A stretch of 64,000 nucleotides of DNA from Gemmatimonadaceae bacterium (lineage in GTDB: Bacteria > Gemmatimonadota > Gemmatimonadetes > Gemmatimonadales > Gemmatimonadaceae): contig JBHYGA010000008.1 in NCBI GenBank assembly GCA_051859245.1, forward strand, positions 47,179 to 111,178. Reading direction: 5' to 3'. Shown here one piece after another: positions 39,071 to 48,564 of the stretch. The notes beneath the pieces were generated by a model. The model saw only the letters and a program-made list of their open reading frames with translations. It ran no database searches and was not told the origin of the DNA. A program made the translations under genes and the position numbers. Position 1 is the first letter of the stretch. Every line of letters begins with the position of its first letter.

Positions 39071-40096
39071 TTACGCGATCTCGAAAATCACCTTACCGGC
39101 TTCACCGGATTTGATCAGGTGCATGGCGTCGTCCACCGCTTCCAGCGGCAGGCGGTGCGTGATCACCGGTGTGGGATCAAACGTGCCGGCGCGCAGGAAA
39201 CGCGTCATCTGGTGCCACGTGTCGTACATGCGACGACCCACCACACCGTAGATCGTGAGTCCCTTGAAGATGATTTCGGTGGCGAAATCGATGTCGATGG
39301 AGCGGTTCGGAATGCCCAGCATGTTGACGCGGCCGGCCGGTCGCGCGAGCGCAAACGCCTGATGCACGGCGCTCGGTACACCGGACATTTCGAGCACCAC
39401 ATCGGCGCCGTGCCCGTTCGACGCGGCGTACACGAGCGCGGCGGCTTCGTCGGGATGCACGGCATCGTGCGCACCCATCGTGCGCGCGAGTTCGAGCCGG
39501 CGCGGGTTCACATCGGTGGCGATAATGCGTGCTGCACCGGCGGCTCGGCAGATGCCAACGGCGAACGCGCCGATCGGTCCGCAGCCTGTGATGAGCACCA
39601 CGGCGCCGGGAATATCGGCGGTGAGCGCGGTGTGAAACGCGTTGCCCATCGGGTCGTGAATGCCGCCAATGTCGTAGCTGATCGCGTCGTCGAGATGCCA
39701 GACGTTGGTGGCCGGCATGGCGATGTACTCGGCGAAACAGCCGTCGCGGTCCACGCCAATGATCTTGGTGGACGGGTCGACGTGCGCGTTGCCGGTGCGC
39801 GAAAAGATCGAACGCTCGTCGACAACGTGTCCTTCGGCGGTGACACGATCACCGACCGCGACGGACTCCACGAGCTTGCCAACTTCGACCACGTCGCCGG
39901 CAAATTCGTGGCCCACGACGAACGGCGCTTTGCATCTCCCCTGTGCCCAGGCGTCCCATTCGTAAATGTGGACGTCGGTTCCGCAGACGCCCGCGCGTCG
40001 CACTTTGATCAGCACTTCATCGTCGCGAATGCGCGGCTCGGGAACATCGGTGAGCACGAGACCAGGCGCAGCGGACGGTTTGACGAGAGCTTTCAC
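39071..40096 (-). CDS. tdh: L-threonine 3-dehydrogenase
   Basis: GVCGTD, GHEFAG, DPMGNAFHT, GCGPIG, GRRMYDTW. Confidence 0.93.
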   Translation of the reverse strand: MKALVKPSAAPGLVLTDVPEPRIRDDEVLIKVRRAGVCGTDVHIYEWDAWAQGRCKAPFVVGHEFAGDVVEVGKLVESVAVGDRVTAEGHVVDERSIFSRTGNAHVDPSTKIIGVDRDGCFAEYIAMPATNVWHLDDAISYDIGGIHDPMGNAFHTALTADIPGAVVLITGCGPIGAFAVGICRAAGAARIIATDVNPRRLELARTMGAHDAVHPDEAAALVYAASNGHGADVVLEMSGVPSAVHQAFALARPAGRVNMLGIPNRSIDIDFATEIIFKGLTIYGVVGRRMYDTWHQMTRFLRAGTFDPTPVITHRLPLEAVDDAMHLIKSGEAGKVIFEIA

Positions 40097-40352
40097 GGTG
40101 GTGTTTGAAGAGTCGATTTGGGAGTGTCGTGCACCGCGTTCCGATGCGCGCCACGTCAAAGCTCGCACCGCGTCGGGGTGGTTGGAAGGGTTTACGCGTG
40201 GTGCATTCCGCGTGTTCGACATTACAATTTCGCGCGCGTTCTTTATACGCACTATTGCGCAGTTGAAATGTCCACACGTATATTCGCGTTAATTCAACAA
40301 CTTGCGCGCGCTGTCCACAGTGGACGCCGCACTCACTGAACCCCGGAACTGC

Positions 40353-42002
40353 GTGGCCATAAACCGGCGCGAGTTTCTTCAAGGCACAAGCGCTGCAGCA
40401 GCGGCGCTCGGATTGACCGTCGGCGCTCCGTCGCTGCTGTCAGCCGAAGGCTTCGCTCCACGCATCGCACATCCGGGAACGCCGGGCGACGCCGTGTCTC
40501 GCGACCTCGCCCTGCTCGCGCTCGATGCCGCAAAGTCCGCCGGTGCGTCGTACGCCGACGCCCGCATCAGTCGCAACAACGTGCGCACCGTGGCCACCCG
40601 CGAACAGCGTGTGCTCGGCCTGGTCGATAACGAAACGTTTGGCATCGGCGTGCGCGTGCTGGTTGGTGGGGCGTGGGGTTTCGCCGCCACGCACGAGCTC
40701 ACGCGTGACGAAGTGATCCGCGTGGCCAAGCAGGCGGTCGCACAGGCGCAGGCCAATCGTTCGGCGCAGCGTCGTCCGGTTACGCTTGCGCCCGTGACGC
40801 CCACGCCCGATGGCACGTGGCGTTCGCCGGCGCGCATCGATCCGTTCGACGTGCCGATCGAAGACCAGGTCGGATTGCTGTTGCAGGCCAACGAGGCGGC
40901 ACTCAAAGTGCTCAAGCCCGGTGGACGCGGCATGGGTTTTGTGAACTCGTCCATGTTCTTCCTGCGCGAAGAAAAAACGCTGGCCACCACCGACGGTACG
41001 TTCGTGGTGCAGACGATTTATCGGTCGCAGCCGAGCATGACGTGTCAGGCGGTGAACGTGTCGGCGGGTGATTTTCAGTCGCGCCAGAGCACGGACATTC
41101 AGCCCATGGGGCGCGGGTACGAGCATGTGCTCGACGCGAACCTGGTGGTGAATGCGGAACGCTGGGCCACCGAAGCTACGGAAAAACTGAGCGCCAAATC
41201 GGTGGATGTGGGGCGCTACGATCTGGTGCTGCACCCCACGCATTTGTGGCTCACGATTCACGAATCGATTGCGCATCCCACCGAACTCGATCGCGCGCTT
41301 GGCTTCGAAGCCAACTACGCCGGCACCAGTTTTGTGGCGCCGCCGGAGCGTGTGCTCGGCTCGCTCAAGTTCGGTCCGGAGTTCATGAACGTGCAGGCCG
41401 ACCGCTCGCAGGAAGGATCGTTGGCGGCGGTGGGTTGGGATGACGAAGGCGTGAAGCCCGACGAGTTCCTGATCATCAAGAACGGCATCATGAACGACTA
41501 CCAGACCACGCGCGAACAGGCGCCGTATCTGGAATCGTGGTACCGCTCGCAGGGGCGCGAGGTGCGGTCGCACGGCAACTCGTATTCGCAAAGCTGGGCA
41601 GACGTGCAGTTCCAGCGTATGCCGAATGTGTCGCTCATGCCGGGCGAGCGTGATCTGGTGTGGGATGATCTCATTGCGGCTACAGATCGCGGGATCGCGA
41701 TTGTAGGTGACGGATCGTTCTCCATTGATCAGCAGCGCTACAACGCGCAGTTCGGCGGCCAGCTGTTCTACGAAATCCGCGGTGGCAAGATCGTGGGTAT
41801 GCTCAAGGACGTCGCGTATCAAATGCGCACGCCCGAGTTCTGGGGCGGCATGGATATGCTCGGCGGCAAGCGCAGCTACGTGCTGGGCGGTGCGTTCAAC
41901 GATGGCAAGGGTCAGCCCTCGCAGTCGAACGCCGTGAGCCATGGCTGCCCGCCCACGCGCCACAAAGCGGTGAATGTGATCAACACGGGACGGCAGTCGT
42001 GA
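40353..42002 (+). CDS. tldD: TldD metalloprotease with Tat-like leader
   Basis: NRREFL leader; HESIAH, DDEG, RMPN, SHGCP. Confidence 0.9.
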   Translation: MAINRREFLQGTSAAAAALGLTVGAPSLLSAEGFAPRIAHPGTPGDAVSRDLALLALDAAKSAGASYADARISRNNVRTVATREQRVLGLVDNETFGIGVRVLVGGAWGFAATHELTRDEVIRVAKQAVAQAQANRSAQRRPVTLAPVTPTPDGTWRSPARIDPFDVPIEDQVGLLLQANEAALKVLKPGGRGMGFVNSSMFFLREEKTLATTDGTFVVQTIYRSQPSMTCQAVNVSAGDFQSRQSTDIQPMGRGYEHVLDANLVVNAERWATEATEKLSAKSVDVGRYDLVLHPTHLWLTIHESIAHPTELDRALGFEANYAGTSFVAPPERVLGSLKFGPEFMNVQADRSQEGSLAAVGWDDEGVKPDEFLIIKNGIMNDYQTTREQAPYLESWYRSQGREVRSHGNSYSQSWADVQFQRMPNVSLMPGERDLVWDDLIAATDRGIAIVGDGSFSIDQQRYNAQFGGQLFYEIRGGKIVGMLKDVAYQMRTPEFWGGMDMLGGKRSYVLGGAFNDGKGQPSQSNAVSHGCPPTRHKAVNVINTGRQS

Positions 42003-43378
42003 GCGGCCCGCGTTCGCTGTACTCGGCCGCGCTCGCGCCGCATTTGTCGCGCGAGCAGGCGCAGGCGCTCACCGCGCGTGTCCTCAGCTTTTCTACGGCC
42101 GACGAGATGCGTGTGAACGTGAACTCGGGTTCTACGGCCAACACGCGCTTTGCGGTGAACCAGGTTTCCACGGCGGGTGACAACACCAACGTGTCGATCA
42201 CGGTGCGCGCGGTGTTCGGCAAAAAAGCCGGTAGTGCGACCACTAATCGCCTCGATGACGAATCGCTGCGCGCCGTGGTAAAGCGTGCCGAATCGCTCGC
42301 GCGACTGGCGCCGGAAGATCCGGAAATGCTACCCGAGCTCGGCCCGCAAACGTATTTGAATGGAAGTGCCTACTCCGCGAACACGGCCAATCTTGATCCG
42401 GCCGGACGTGCGCGAGCGGTGCAGGCCATTACCGAACCGGCCGCTGCGGCCGGACTAATCGCCACAGGTTATATGCAGGCCAACACCGGTTCGTCGGCGG
42501 TTGCCACGTCGCGCGGATTGTTTGCCTGGGCTGAACAAACGGCGTCGTCGCTCACCACCACGGTGCGCACCACAGACGGAACTGGTTCTGGTTGGGCCGG
42601 TGCCACGCATCATGATTGGTCGCGGATCAATCCCGCTGAACTCGGCGCGCGTGCCATCGACAAGGCTAAACGTTCGGCGAATCCCGTGGCTGTTGAACCG
42701 GGGCGTTACACCGTGGTGCTCGAGCCGACAGCGGTTGGCAACCTTGTGCAGTTGATCGTTGGTGCGGCGCAGGCGCGCTCGGCCGACGAAGGGCGTTCGT
42801 TTTTTTCAAAGCCTGGCGGCGGTACCAAGATCGGACTCAAAGTGGTGGATGAGCGCGTGACGCTGCTCTCCGATCCGCTGGATGCCGACGCGGCTGGCAG
42901 CACGTTTGGTGGCGATGGACTGCCCACGTCCAAAATGACGTGGATTGAAAACGGCGTGGTGAAGAACCTCGCGTACGATCGCTATTGGGCGCAGCAGAAG
43001 GGCGCACAGGCGTCGGCGTTTTCGGGTTCACTGCGCATGATGGGTGGCAACAGCAGTGTGGAGGAGATGATCGCGTCGACCGAGCGCGGACTCCTCGTGA
43101 CACGGCTCTGGTATATCCGACCGGTTGATCCGCGCACGATTCTGTTCACCGGCCTCACACGCGACGGCACGTTCCTCATTGAGAACGGCAAAGTCACGCG
43201 CGCGGTCAAGAATCTGCGGTGGAACGAGTCTCCGATTTTCATGCTCAACAACATTGAAGCGATGGGTGCACCGGTGCGTGTCAGCGCCAGTGAAGACGGC
43301 GGGCCTGGTCAGGCTGTCGTTGTTCCACCGCTCAAAGTTCGTGATTTCACATTCACCAGTCTTAGCGACGCGGTATAA
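41999..43378 (+). CDS. tldE: TldE/PmbA partner
   Basis: TRFAVN, PGRYTVVLEP, TGLTRDG, NLRWNES; overlaps tldD stop. Confidence 0.88.
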   Translation: MSGPRSLYSAALAPHLSREQAQALTARVLSFSTADEMRVNVNSGSTANTRFAVNQVSTAGDNTNVSITVRAVFGKKAGSATTNRLDDESLRAVVKRAESLARLAPEDPEMLPELGPQTYLNGSAYSANTANLDPAGRARAVQAITEPAAAAGLIATGYMQANTGSSAVATSRGLFAWAEQTASSLTTTVRTTDGTGSGWAGATHHDWSRINPAELGARAIDKAKRSANPVAVEPGRYTVVLEPTAVGNLVQLIVGAAQARSADEGRSFFSKPGGGTKIGLKVVDERVTLLSDPLDADAAGSTFGGDGLPTSKMTWIENGVVKNLAYDRYWAQQKGAQASAFSGSLRMMGGNSSVEEMIASTERGLLVTRLWYIRPVDPRTILFTGLTRDGTFLIENGKVTRAVKNLRWNESPIFMLNNIEAMGAPVRVSASEDGGPGQAVVVPPLKVRDFTFTSLSDAV

Positions 43379-43573
43379 AAGCGTGACGTTGTAACACGTT
43401 GCACCGTCATTCCGACAACCGTTCGCAGTGCTGTACATGCAGGTCGTGTATCGACACGCATGTTCAGCGTATCACCACCGGGAGCTCGCTCCGCATTACG
43501 GACGGTGATACGTCGCTCAAGTTTCCACCGGGGGAAACTGGGCAGTTCACCCTCCTCGTGAGGAGTTTTTCAG

Positions 43574-43939
43574 ATGTCACCAGCCAAGAAGGGCGCGCGC
43601 AAGAAGACGGCCAAGAAGGCCACGCGCAAGACCGCAAAGAAGGCCACGCGTAAGACCGCGAAGAAGGCCGGACGCAAGACGGCGAAGAAGGCCACGCGTA
43701 AGACCGCGAAGAAGGCCACTCGCAAGACTGCAAAGAAGGCCACTCGCAAGACTGCGAAGAAGGCCGCGAAGAAGGCCGGTCGCAAGACCGCCAAGAAGGC
43801 CACTCGCAAGACGGCCAAGAAGGCTGCGAAGAAGGCCGGTCGTAAGAAGACCGCCAAGAAAGCAGCGAAGAAGACCACTCGCCGCAAGACCACGCGGAAG
43901 CGCGCGGCGGCCGAAGCACCGGCTGCGGCTCAGGCGTAA
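43574..43939 (+). CDS. Histone H1/Hc2-like basic protein of KTAKKATR repeats
   Basis: AGGAG RBS, 24-nt repeat units with synonymous variation, followed by a terminator. Confidence 0.85.
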   Translation: MSPAKKGARKKTAKKATRKTAKKATRKTAKKAGRKTAKKATRKTAKKATRKTAKKATRKTAKKAAKKAGRKTAKKATRKTAKKAAKKAGRKKTAKKAAKKTTRRKTTRKRAAAEAPAAAQA

Positions 43940-43979
43940 GCCATATACCGTCGCGGGTCCCTCGGGATTCGTCGAACGC

Positions 43980-44017
43980 AAAGACGCCGGCATGTCTGCC
44001 GGCGTCTTTCGCGTTTT
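43980..44017 (+). terminator. Intrinsic terminator
   Basis: AAAGACGCCGGCA-TGTC-TGCCGGCGTCTTT followed by T-rich sequence. Confidence 0.75.
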
Positions 44018-44031
44018 GTGAAGTCACGCGC

Positions 44032-44067
44032 AAAAAAATCGCGCGCTACGATGTGCGTAGCGCGCGA
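44032..44067 (-). terminator. Intrinsic terminator
   Basis: TCGCGCGCTACG/CGTAGCGCGCGA stem with T7 on the minus strand. Confidence 0.75.
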
Positions 44068-44092
44068 CCTTGATGTACGACCAAGACGTGAG

Positions 44093-44281
44093 TCAGGCCG
44101 TTGCTGCAGTCAGCAACGAGGACGTGAACGGAGACGTTTCATCGTCATCGTCCGGACCGGGTCCCCACACATAGGCCAGAAAGCGCGTTGCCGTTTCCGG
44201 CACACCGCCGTCGGCAATCACAATCCCCATGGGTTCGCGCGCTTCTACGTCTGGCGCGCTCTTCTTACGATTTAGTGGCAT
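44093..44281 (-). CDS. Small hypothetical protein (62 aa)
   Basis: GGAGGT RBS 7 nt upstream, own terminator and sigma54-like promoter. Confidence 0.7.
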   Translation of the reverse strand: MPLNRKKSAPDVEAREPMGIVIADGGVPETATRFLAYVWGPGPDDDDETSPFTSSLLTAATA

Positions 44282-44354
44282 TGGGCAGACCTCCACCCGT
44301 ATTCGAGAACTGTCTTGGGCCGACCGTCATGGCCAGCGCCTCGAAGGGGTGTAG

Positions 44355-44399
44355 TGCAGGAGTCGTGCCGGTTCTCCGCTCGCGTGTAAGCCGTTGAAA
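44355..44399 (-). promoter_or_regulatory. sigma54-like promoter with IHF-like site
   Basis: Minus strand CCGGCACGACTCCTGCA (GG-N10-GC) 44371-44355; TTTCAACGGCTTA 44399-44387. Confidence 0.55.
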
Positions 44400-44494
44400 A
44401 ACAAACGCTTGCGTATCCCAGGCCAGCACTGCCGGAGCCCGTTGTGTCGTTTTCGCACAGGGGAAAACGAACAGAGAGTGTCGTTACGACACGG

Positions 44495-45319
44495 TTACGC
44501 GACGGCTTCCTTGCGGGCCAGGAAGGTACGGCTTCCGTTTTCGCGCGTGCGTTCCAAAGACACCTGCCAACCGCGATAACGCGCTTCCAACTCTTCGATT
44601 GGAATCACCACCGCACCGGTGGCCAGCTCTTCACCGTCGCGCACCACATCCGGATTCGCGCCCGTGGCCACAGTCTCCACAAGGTGCACGCCACCGTCTG
44701 CCGTTGCTTGCTGCAACACGGTGATGACGCGCGCACGATCACCAGGTGACAGCATGGCGAGCGACGCTGCACTGCACACCACCGCGTGCAGCTCGACATC
44801 AGGACTCCAACCGGCGAGGTCGGCACAGTAACCGCGCACACGATCAATCAGGCCGGCCTGCTGCGCTGCAGCGAGCACACGCTGCATGGCATCTGCGGCG
44901 GGATCCAGCGCTGTCACGGCGCAGCCATGCGCCGCAAGGAACAGCGCTTGCCCTTCGCGCGCAGCGCCAGCGACCAGCACGTGTCGATCCGGCGAGTGTT
45001 GCAGTTCGCGTACGAGCGCCGCATTGGGATCGAGCCCCCAGTGTTCAGGGCGGCGATATTGCTCCAGTTCTTTGACGCGACGACGACGCCACGTGGAGTA
45101 ACTGGGCAACCGCAGGCGACGCGAAATAATGCGGTCGACTTCCTGCCAGATCAGGATTTCCGTGAGCGCAACCTGCGCCTGTTCGGCGAGCGCTGCCACA
45201 GCCTCATCCCCAATCTTCAGGATGTGGCTGCGTGGGATCGAGTCCTTGTAGTCCTCGATCTCGCGTTCGACGTATAGCTCGTATTCGTGCTTGAGCGAGC
45301 GCGGATTCTGGAAGGGCAT
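44495..45319 (-). CDS. SAM-methyltransferase-fold protein with novel N-terminal domain
   Basis: VLVAGAAREGQALFLAAHGCAVTALD, GGVHLVE. Confidence 0.65.
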   Translation of the reverse strand: MPFQNPRSLKHEYELYVEREIEDYKDSIPRSHILKIGDEAVAALAEQAQVALTEILIWQEVDRIISRRLRLPSYSTWRRRRVKELEQYRRPEHWGLDPNAALVRELQHSPDRHVLVAGAAREGQALFLAAHGCAVTALDPAADAMQRVLAAAQQAGLIDRVRGYCADLAGWSPDVELHAVVCSAASLAMLSPGDRARVITVLQQATADGGVHLVETVATGANPDVVRDGEELATGAVVIPIEELEARYRGWQVSLERTRENGSRTFLARKEAVA

Positions 45320-45444
45320 GCCCCATGTGGAAAGGTGTGGACAAATCATAGGTTACAATCAAAAATACGCAAGGGCACAACACGCATTTGACGTTCGTTT
45401 CACGCACGAATCATCACATTCTCACGTCATGACACCGAGGTGAC

Positions 45445-46263
45445 GTGCCCGAGTTACCAGAAGTCGAGCGGGCCACGCGATTGCTGCGCAACGCGCTCGA
45501 AGGCCGAACACTAATCGACGTGCGCACGCTGCATCCGTCCGCCGCTCGTTCGTTACCGCACACGGTGGCCCACTCGGTGCTCGGCCACGTCGTGACGGCG
45601 GTCACTCGACGCGCCAAATATCAATTGCTCACACTCGATGACGGGCGCGTGATCGAAGTGCACTTCAAGATGACGGGTGACTGGGCCATTGGTCCGGTGT
45701 CGCTTGAACCGCCCCCACTTGAACGCGTGCGGCTCATTACGAACGACGGCACGCGCATCTCACTGGTTGACGGCCGAGCGTTTGCGGTGGTGCGTGTGCA
45801 CGCGGCTGGCGCGGTGTTCTTGCCGCCGCTCGGGCTGGAGCCGCTTGATCCCGAATGGTCCGGCGCCGTGCTGCGCGACGCACTGTCGCGCAAACGTGGC
45901 CCGATCAAACCCGCATTACTGGACCAGCAGGTTGTTGCGGGGCTCGGCAATATCTACGCCGCGGAAGCCCTGTGGGAGGCGCGCATTCATCCGCTCGCGC
46001 GCGCGAATCGATTGTCGGTGGCGCGAACCGAGCGGCTTGCTGATGCCGCGAGAGAAGTGCTCGAGCGCGCACCGTCGGCCCGGTACTACGGCAAACGAGC
46101 CACGGATAATGGCTATACCTACGCGCTTGGCGACGGTGATGACGAATCGTGGAAGGTATACGACCGCGAAGGCGAGCCATGCGCGCGCTGCGGCGCGGTG
46201 GTGAAGCGCATGGAGCAGGCGGGGCGGAGTACGTACTACTGCGGCGGGTGTCAGCGGGTGTAG
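45445..46263 (+). CDS. mutM: Formamidopyrimidine-DNA glycosylase
   Basis: PELPEVE, RRAKY, GLGNIYAAE, C-terminal zinc finger. Confidence 0.95.
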   Translation: MPELPEVERATRLLRNALEGRTLIDVRTLHPSAARSLPHTVAHSVLGHVVTAVTRRAKYQLLTLDDGRVIEVHFKMTGDWAIGPVSLEPPPLERVRLITNDGTRISLVDGRAFAVVRVHAAGAVFLPPLGLEPLDPEWSGAVLRDALSRKRGPIKPALLDQQVVAGLGNIYAAEALWEARIHPLARANRLSVARTERLADAAREVLERAPSARYYGKRATDNGYTYALGDGDDESWKVYDREGEPCARCGAVVKRMEQAGRSTYYCGGCQRV

Positions 46264-46277
46264 CAGTTGCCGTTCAA

Positions 46278-46496
46278 TGATTCGGTCATTCGGCCCAGTC
46301 GCGGGAGCCCACGGCCATTTGGCCTTTCGGCCTCGCCGTTTCGTACAGCGGCACACAGCACCAGTGCAATCCATTGAAATCGGTGCGACGCGATTCTTTA
46401 ACGACGATTCGTACGTTCCGTGCGGCCTTTCGAAACTGCGAGGCCGAAAGGCCAAATGGCCGTGGGCTCCCGCTACTGGGCCGAATGACCGAATCA
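46278..46496. repeat. REPIN/MITE-like element, family 1, copy B
   Basis: 66-bp inverted arms 46278-46343 and 46431-46496. Confidence 0.85.
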
Positions 46497-46531
46497 GAAC
46501 AGCATGCTAATACAGCGTTCGCAGCTCGCCG

Positions 46532-47713
46532 CTACCCCACATCCTCCAACAACACGCCCTTCAGGTACCCGGTCTCCGGAATGGTGATCACCTCGGGATG
46601 ATCAACGCCCTGTCCGGTGACGGCACGAATCGCGAAACGTCTGCCGCTATCTGCTGCCGCTGCTTGCAGCATCTCCAGAAACATCGCGCGATCCACGTGA
46701 TGTGAGCAGCTTGCACTGAACAACACACCGCCGGGTGCCAGCAACTTCATGGCCTGCACATTCACATCCTTGTAACCGCGCAGTGCACCGTTCAGCGAGG
46801 CGCGATTCTTGGCGAATGCTGGTGGATCCACCACGATCGTTTCAAAACGGCGGCCTTCGCGGTGCCACAGGCGCATGGTATCGAACGCATCGCCCACATG
46901 GGTGTGCAGATTGTCGTAACCATTCAGCGCGGCGTTCGCTACGGCCCGCTCAAGCGCTGGCGCCGAAATATCGAGCGCCGTGACGTCTGTTGCGTTGCGC
47001 GCGAGATGCAGCGCAAACGAACCGTGGTACGCAAAACAGTCGAGCGCGCGACCTCGCGCCAGCGAACCAATGAGAACACGATTGTCGCGCTGGTCAAGAA
47101 ACGCACCCGTCTTCTGACCGTCCCACGGTGCGGCCAGAAATCGGACCCCATGCTCGACCACTTCAATCGTGCGCGGTACGGTGCCCATAAGCTCCACGGT
47201 TTCCCGCGGCAGTCCTTCGCGTGAACGCACCGCCGGATCATTGCGCGCGAGAATTCCTTCGCACGCCGTGTGCGCGACCAGTGCCGAAATGATCTGTTCA
47301 CGGCACGCTTCGAGCCCGGCCGAGAGCAGTTGCACCACCAGCCAGCGATCGTACTGATCGACCACCAGCGACGGCAATCCATCGCCCTCGCCGTGAATGA
47401 GGCGACGCGCATTCGTGTGCGCACCCACTCCACTGCGGCGAGCGATGGCCGCGCCAATGCGATCGTGCCACCAGGCGGCGTCAACGGTGCGGTCACTCGA
47501 CGCGTCGATCAGACGCAGTGAAATTTCAGATGCCGGACTCCACAAGGCCTGGCCAAGCGGTCGACCGTTCGACGCTTGCATGCGCACCACGCCGGCCGCC
47601 ACTGTAGGTGCGGCCAGCACATCACTCTTGAAGATCCACGGATGGCCGTGCGACAATCGTTGTTCGGCGCGTTTGTTCACTGTCGCCACCGACGGAAGAT
47701 TCGGTCGGTTCAC
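46532..47713 (-). CDS. rlmI: RlmI-family rRNA methyltransferase
   Basis: GHPWIF PUA domain, GEGDGLP, GQKTGAFLDQR, VDPPAF, SCSHH. Confidence 0.9.
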   Translation of the reverse strand: MNRPNLPSVATVNKRAEQRLSHGHPWIFKSDVLAAPTVAAGVVRMQASNGRPLGQALWSPASEISLRLIDASSDRTVDAAWWHDRIGAAIARRSGVGAHTNARRLIHGEGDGLPSLVVDQYDRWLVVQLLSAGLEACREQIISALVAHTACEGILARNDPAVRSREGLPRETVELMGTVPRTIEVVEHGVRFLAAPWDGQKTGAFLDQRDNRVLIGSLARGRALDCFAYHGSFALHLARNATDVTALDISAPALERAVANAALNGYDNLHTHVGDAFDTMRLWHREGRRFETIVVDPPAFAKNRASLNGALRGYKDVNVQAMKLLAPGGVLFSASCSHHVDRAMFLEMLQAAAADSGRRFAIRAVTGQGVDHPEVITIPETGYLKGVLLEDVG

Positions 47714-48564
47714 GCGGGGACCGACGAACGAAAAGACGGTGTGGCAGTCACAGAAGTCGGATTGTTCAGTCCCAGTTCGCACCAGGTGGCACGAGTTGAG
47801 AGTGTGTGTTGAAGGATCGCCTGATTGCGCGGGAGCGCTGCACGCGGTTGTTCAGGATGCCACAGGTGCCATGCTGCCGCGGCCAACTTTCGGGAGGCGC
47901 GTCGCACTCCGGTGTGCTGGAGACGCGCGACAAACTCACTGTCTTCACGACCCCATCCGGTGATGGCTTCATTGAATCCGTTCACGCGCACGGCGTCGTC
48001 GCGCCAGAACCCCATGTGACATCCGCGAATGCCACGTTCCGGATCATTGGGTACGCGCGCGAAGAGTGGCGTGAGCATGGGCACGTACCAACCGTTGGCA
48101 CGATTGCGCACCTCGCGTTCAAACGGGCCCACCCACGCACGCCCTGTTTGCAACAGCTGCTGCGTAAGCTGCGGCCCGATCAGTGCCCGACTGCCCTGCA
48201 CAAACTCGCCGCGCCGCGCGCGGGTGATGTGTGCGCGCATGGCTTCAGGATGCAACAGGATATCGCCGTCGAGCTGCACGATATAGTCGCACTGCGTGGC
48301 ACTGATGGCGCGATTGCGAATGGCACCGAGCCGAAACCCTTCGTCCGCGTGCCACACGTGTCGCAGTGGCACCGGAAAATCGTGCGCCTGCGCATCCACA
48401 AGTTCGGCCGTTTCGACTCCCGATCCATCATCCGCAATGATCACTTCCGTGGGCAGCAACGACTGCCTGCGCAGCGCCGTGAGCACGAGCGACAGCGCGG
48501 CGGGCCAGTTGTACGTGGCCACGATCACTGCACACGACGGCAGCCCCGAGCGGGAAGCGCTCAC
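47710..48564 (-). CDS. Glycosyltransferase family 2
   Basis: IVATYN, ADDGS, LDGD, GWGREDSE. Confidence 0.9.
   Translation of the reverse strand: MSASRSGLPSCAVIVATYNWPAALSLVLTALRRQSLLPTEVIIADDGSGVETAELVDAQAHDFPVPLRHVWHADEGFRLGAIRNRAISATQCDYIVQLDGDILLHPEAMRAHITRARRGEFVQGSRALIGPQLTQQLLQTGRAWVGPFEREVRNRANGWYVPMLTPLFARVPNDPERGIRGCHMGFWRDDAVRVNGFNEAITGWGREDSEFVARLQHTGVRRASRKLAAAAWHLWHPEQPRAALPRNQAILQHTLSTRATWCELGLNNPTSVTATPSFRSSVPA

Noticed and set aside
40097..40352. Glycine riboswitch or leader peptide upstream of tdh-kbl
   Set aside because: No recognisable aptamer motifs or Thr/Gly-rich leader ORF
36167..41963. Long antisense ORFs (36167-37771, 39050-40108, 40440-41963; also 9862-11253, 49226-50638)
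   Set aside because: Shadows of well-supported genes on the opposite strand in GC-rich DNA
43601..43870. CRISPR-like periodic repeats (also 1272-1490 and 33660-33920)
   Set aside because: In-frame coding repeats with synonymous variation, no unique spacers, no cas genes
40268..45344. DnaA-box-like TGTCCACA/TTTCCACA pairs at about 40268-40319 and 45326-45344
   Set aside because: Only two imperfect boxes each and no dnaA/dnaN context; not enough for oriC
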